From Acidobacteriota bacterium (GTDB lineage Bacteria > Acidobacteriota > UBA4820 > DSQY01), in the NCBI GenBank assembly GCA_040758175.1, contig JBFLVU010000004.1:1-34468 (forward strand): a stretch of 34,468 bases of DNA, read 5' to 3'. Positions 32,830 through 34,468 of this stretch are shown piece after piece. The position numbers and the translations under genes are program-made. How positions within the stretch are numbered: position 1 is the first letter of the stretch; every line of letters starts with the position of its first letter. The notes under the pieces are model-generated. The model saw only the letters and a program-made list of their open reading frames with translations, ran no database searches and had not been told where the DNA came from.

Positions 32830-33924
32830 ATGAAAGGCTTCTGCACCGTCCTGTCCGCCTTGGTTCTCGTCGTGGGAGTGATGGCTGGAACCGCCGCGAT
32901 CGCCCAGGAAGCAACACCGACCAAAATTTCCGAACCTCTGCCGCCCCAGAAGGAGAGTCCCGCTCCAGAGAAAGCTCCGGGGGCCCCCCTTGCGGATCCA
33001 CCCGAGGCCGTGGTGGCCGAAATGACCTTCGACGCCGGCACGGTGAGCCGCGGATCGGTCATCAAGCACGATTTCATCATCGAGAACCGTGGCCGAGGGC
33101 CTTTGGAGATTACCCGGGTCCACGCCGCATGCGGATGCACCGTCACGGAATACGACCGGAAGATCGAGCCCGGGAAGACGGGCAAGGTCACGGCAAGCGT
33201 CAGCACGGCCGCCTTTTCGGGCCCTATCCACAAGACCATCAACGTCGTCACCTCGGACCCAAAGCTCTCGAACTTCCAGCTCGGAGTGAAGGCCGTAGTG
33301 AAATCCATCCTTCACGTCCAGCCGTCGGAGAACCAGCAGCTCGGCCTCGTGTACAAGGGACAGTCCCAGGAACGCACCTTCACCATCTCCTCCGAGGATG
33401 GAACGCCCTTCGAGATCACGTCCGTCCAGGCCGACGACGCCGCCCTCCAGTGGGACATCAAAATGGAGGAGGACAAGAAGTCGGCGACCTTCAAGGTGGT
33501 CCTTCCCGCAGACCATGCCGTGGGTCCCATCAACGGGCGTTTTGTCCTGGCCACCTCCCATCCCAAGGTGGACAAGTTGAACCTGAACCTCTTCGGCACG
33601 ATCCGCGATCCCCTGACTGTGTATCCCCCCCAGGTCGTCTACTCGGGCCTGAACCGCAATTACGTGAACGAACACCCGGAGGACATCAATCTGAACAAAA
33701 CCGTCACGGTGGCCTTCGAGATGGGACCGGAGCTGCAGATCCACAACGTCACGTCGAGTCTGAAAAACTTGACGTCCGAGGTTCAGACCATCACGCCCAA
33801 TCAGCGCTACAGCGTCAAGCTGAAGCTCGTGCCGCCCCTGGAAATCGGCAACATCGACGCCGCCCTCACGATCGAAACCAGCAAGGGCCCCATCACGGTC
33901 CCCGTTCGGGGCAAGATCTTCTGA
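32830..33924 (+). CDS. secreted DUF1573-domain protein (Ig-like beta-sandwich repeats)
   Basis: Perfect RBS AGGAGG 7 nt upstream. Signal peptide MKGFCTVLSALVLVVGVMAGTAAIAQE, Pro-rich linker. The DUF1573 core is FDAGTVSRGSVIKHDFIIENRGRGPLEITRVHAACGCT...IEPGKTGKV, followed by two further beta-rich segments. Confidence 0.7.
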   Translation: MKGFCTVLSALVLVVGVMAGTAAIAQEATPTKISEPLPPQKESPAPEKAPGAPLADPPEAVVAEMTFDAGTVSRGSVIKHDFIIENRGRGPLEITRVHAACGCTVTEYDRKIEPGKTGKVTASVSTAAFSGPIHKTINVVTSDPKLSNFQLGVKAVVKSILHVQPSENQQLGLVYKGQSQERTFTISSEDGTPFEITSVQADDAALQWDIKMEEDKKSATFKVVLPADHAVGPINGRFVLATSHPKVDKLNLNLFGTIRDPLTVYPPQVVYSGLNRNYVNEHPEDINLNKTVTVAFEMGPELQIHNVTSSLKNLTSEVQTITPNQRYSVKLKLVPPLEIGNIDAALTIETSKGPITVPVRGKIF

Positions 33925-33949
33925 GAGGCCATGCAAGGCAAGACGAGGA

Positions 33950-33986
33950 AGCCGGGGTCGCGAAGCCCCCGGCTCCTTTGTTTTGG
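33950..33986 (+). terminator. Rho-independent terminator after the DUF1573 gene (also faces convergent efp)
   Basis: 8-bp stem AGCCGGGG / CCCCGGCT with a 9-nt loop, followed by CCTTTGTTTTGG. Confidence 0.65.
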
Positions 33987-34001
33987 CACGCCTTCGTGGG
34001 C

Positions 34002-34468
34002 TCAGCCCACCTTTTCTCGATAGCTGCCGTCCCGGGTGTCGACCACGATGCGATCCCCGGGATTGAGGTGGAAGGGTACGCTTACAACAGCCCCCGTGTT
34101 GCACCGGGCCGGCTTGCCTCCGGACACCGTGTCGCCCTTGAACCCGGGGTCCGTCTCCTCGATGGTGAGGGTCACGAAATTTGGAAGGTCCACGCCCAAG
34201 GGCTCGCCGTCGTGCAGGAGGACGCTGATTTCCAGGTTCTCGGTGAGGTACTTGACGGCATCCCCCAGAACGTCCTCCGGGATGACGATCTGCTCGAAGG
34301 TCGTCTGGTCCATGAAATGGAAGTCGGCGCCCTCTTTGTATAGGAACTGCATCCGGCTTTCTTGCGTCTCGGCGGTTTCGACCTTGTCTCCTGCCTTGAC
34401 GGTCTTTTCGAGGACCTGTCCGGTTCTGAGGTTTCGCACTTTGGCGCGCGTGAAGGCCGATCCCTTTC
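34002..34468 (-). CDS. efp: elongation factor P (5' end beyond the window edge)
   Basis: The translation continues in frame to the edge (..KGSAFTRAKVRNLRTGQVLEKT...). MQFLY.EG....FMD..TFEQ and the C-terminus DPGFKGDTVSGGKPA...GAVVSVPFHLNPGDRIVVDTRDGSYREK are classic EF-P. The M at 34439 in the ORF track is an internal GTG. Confidence 0.9.
   Translation of the reverse strand, partial: KGSAFTRAKVRNLRTGQVLEKTVKAGDKVETAETQESRMQFLYKEGADFHFMDQTTFEQIVIPEDVLGDAVKYLTENLEISVLLHDGEPLGVDLPNFVTLTIEETDPGFKGDTVSGGKPARCNTGAVVSVPFHLNPGDRIVVDTRDGSYREKVG

Noticed and set aside
1-34468. Search for CRISPR arrays, IS elements/transposases, integrases, prophage genes, toxin-antitoxin pairs and rRNA or other large ncRNAs
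   Set aside because: No regularly spaced short repeats, no terminal inverted repeats flanking an ORF, and no recombinase, transposase or phage-like translations in any frame. Intergenic space is too small (the largest gap is about 400 nt) to hide such elements.

Overview
High-GC (about two-thirds G+C by eye) bacterial chromosomal segment, densely packed. I support 37 protein-coding genes (efp is cut by the right edge), one tRNA-Leu(CAG) and a few promoter and terminator candidates. Most long ORFs in the six-frame track are antisense or alternate-frame artefacts of the GC content (Arg/Pro/Gly-rich translations). Several real genes start well inside their listed ORF, often at 4- to 16-nt start/stop overlaps. 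Content is mainly housekeeping. Minus strand: lepB-DUF465-Fis-like-thiL. Plus strand: a leuB/leuC/leuD-like trio. Minus strand: a secreted LVIVD beta-propeller protein and a transglutaminase-like/TPR lipoprotein. Plus strand: tRNA-Leu, then pstSCAB-phoU. Minus strand: an MFS-pcm-12TM permease-like-Cys/Met PLP enzyme block. Plus strand: pta followed by a tightly coupled mixed operon (GT2, LpxL-like acyltransferase, STAS, YigZ/IMPACT, CYTH, NDP-sugar pyrophosphorylase-like, GT2). Then NfeD-stomatin, a GAF-like-GGDEF cyclase, a PATAN/DUF4388 protein, a SPOR protein, xseB-ispA-tlyA-nadK and a DUF1573 protein, with convergent efp at the edge. I found no integrase, transposase, CRISPR array, phage genes, toxin-antitoxin pair or recognisable defence effector, so I cannot point to a clear novel system. 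The observations most worth a second look are: (1) a degenerate duplicate of the tRNA-Leu 3' end plus its terminator, bounding a structured ATG-free segment upstream of pstS; (2) the translationally coupled envelope-glycolipid/signalling operon at 20.0-24.9 kb; (3) the pcm-containing membrane-protein operon in the window centre; (4) a LeuBCD-like trio with an atypical small-subunit loop. All functional calls come from motif recognition by eye. No database search was run.
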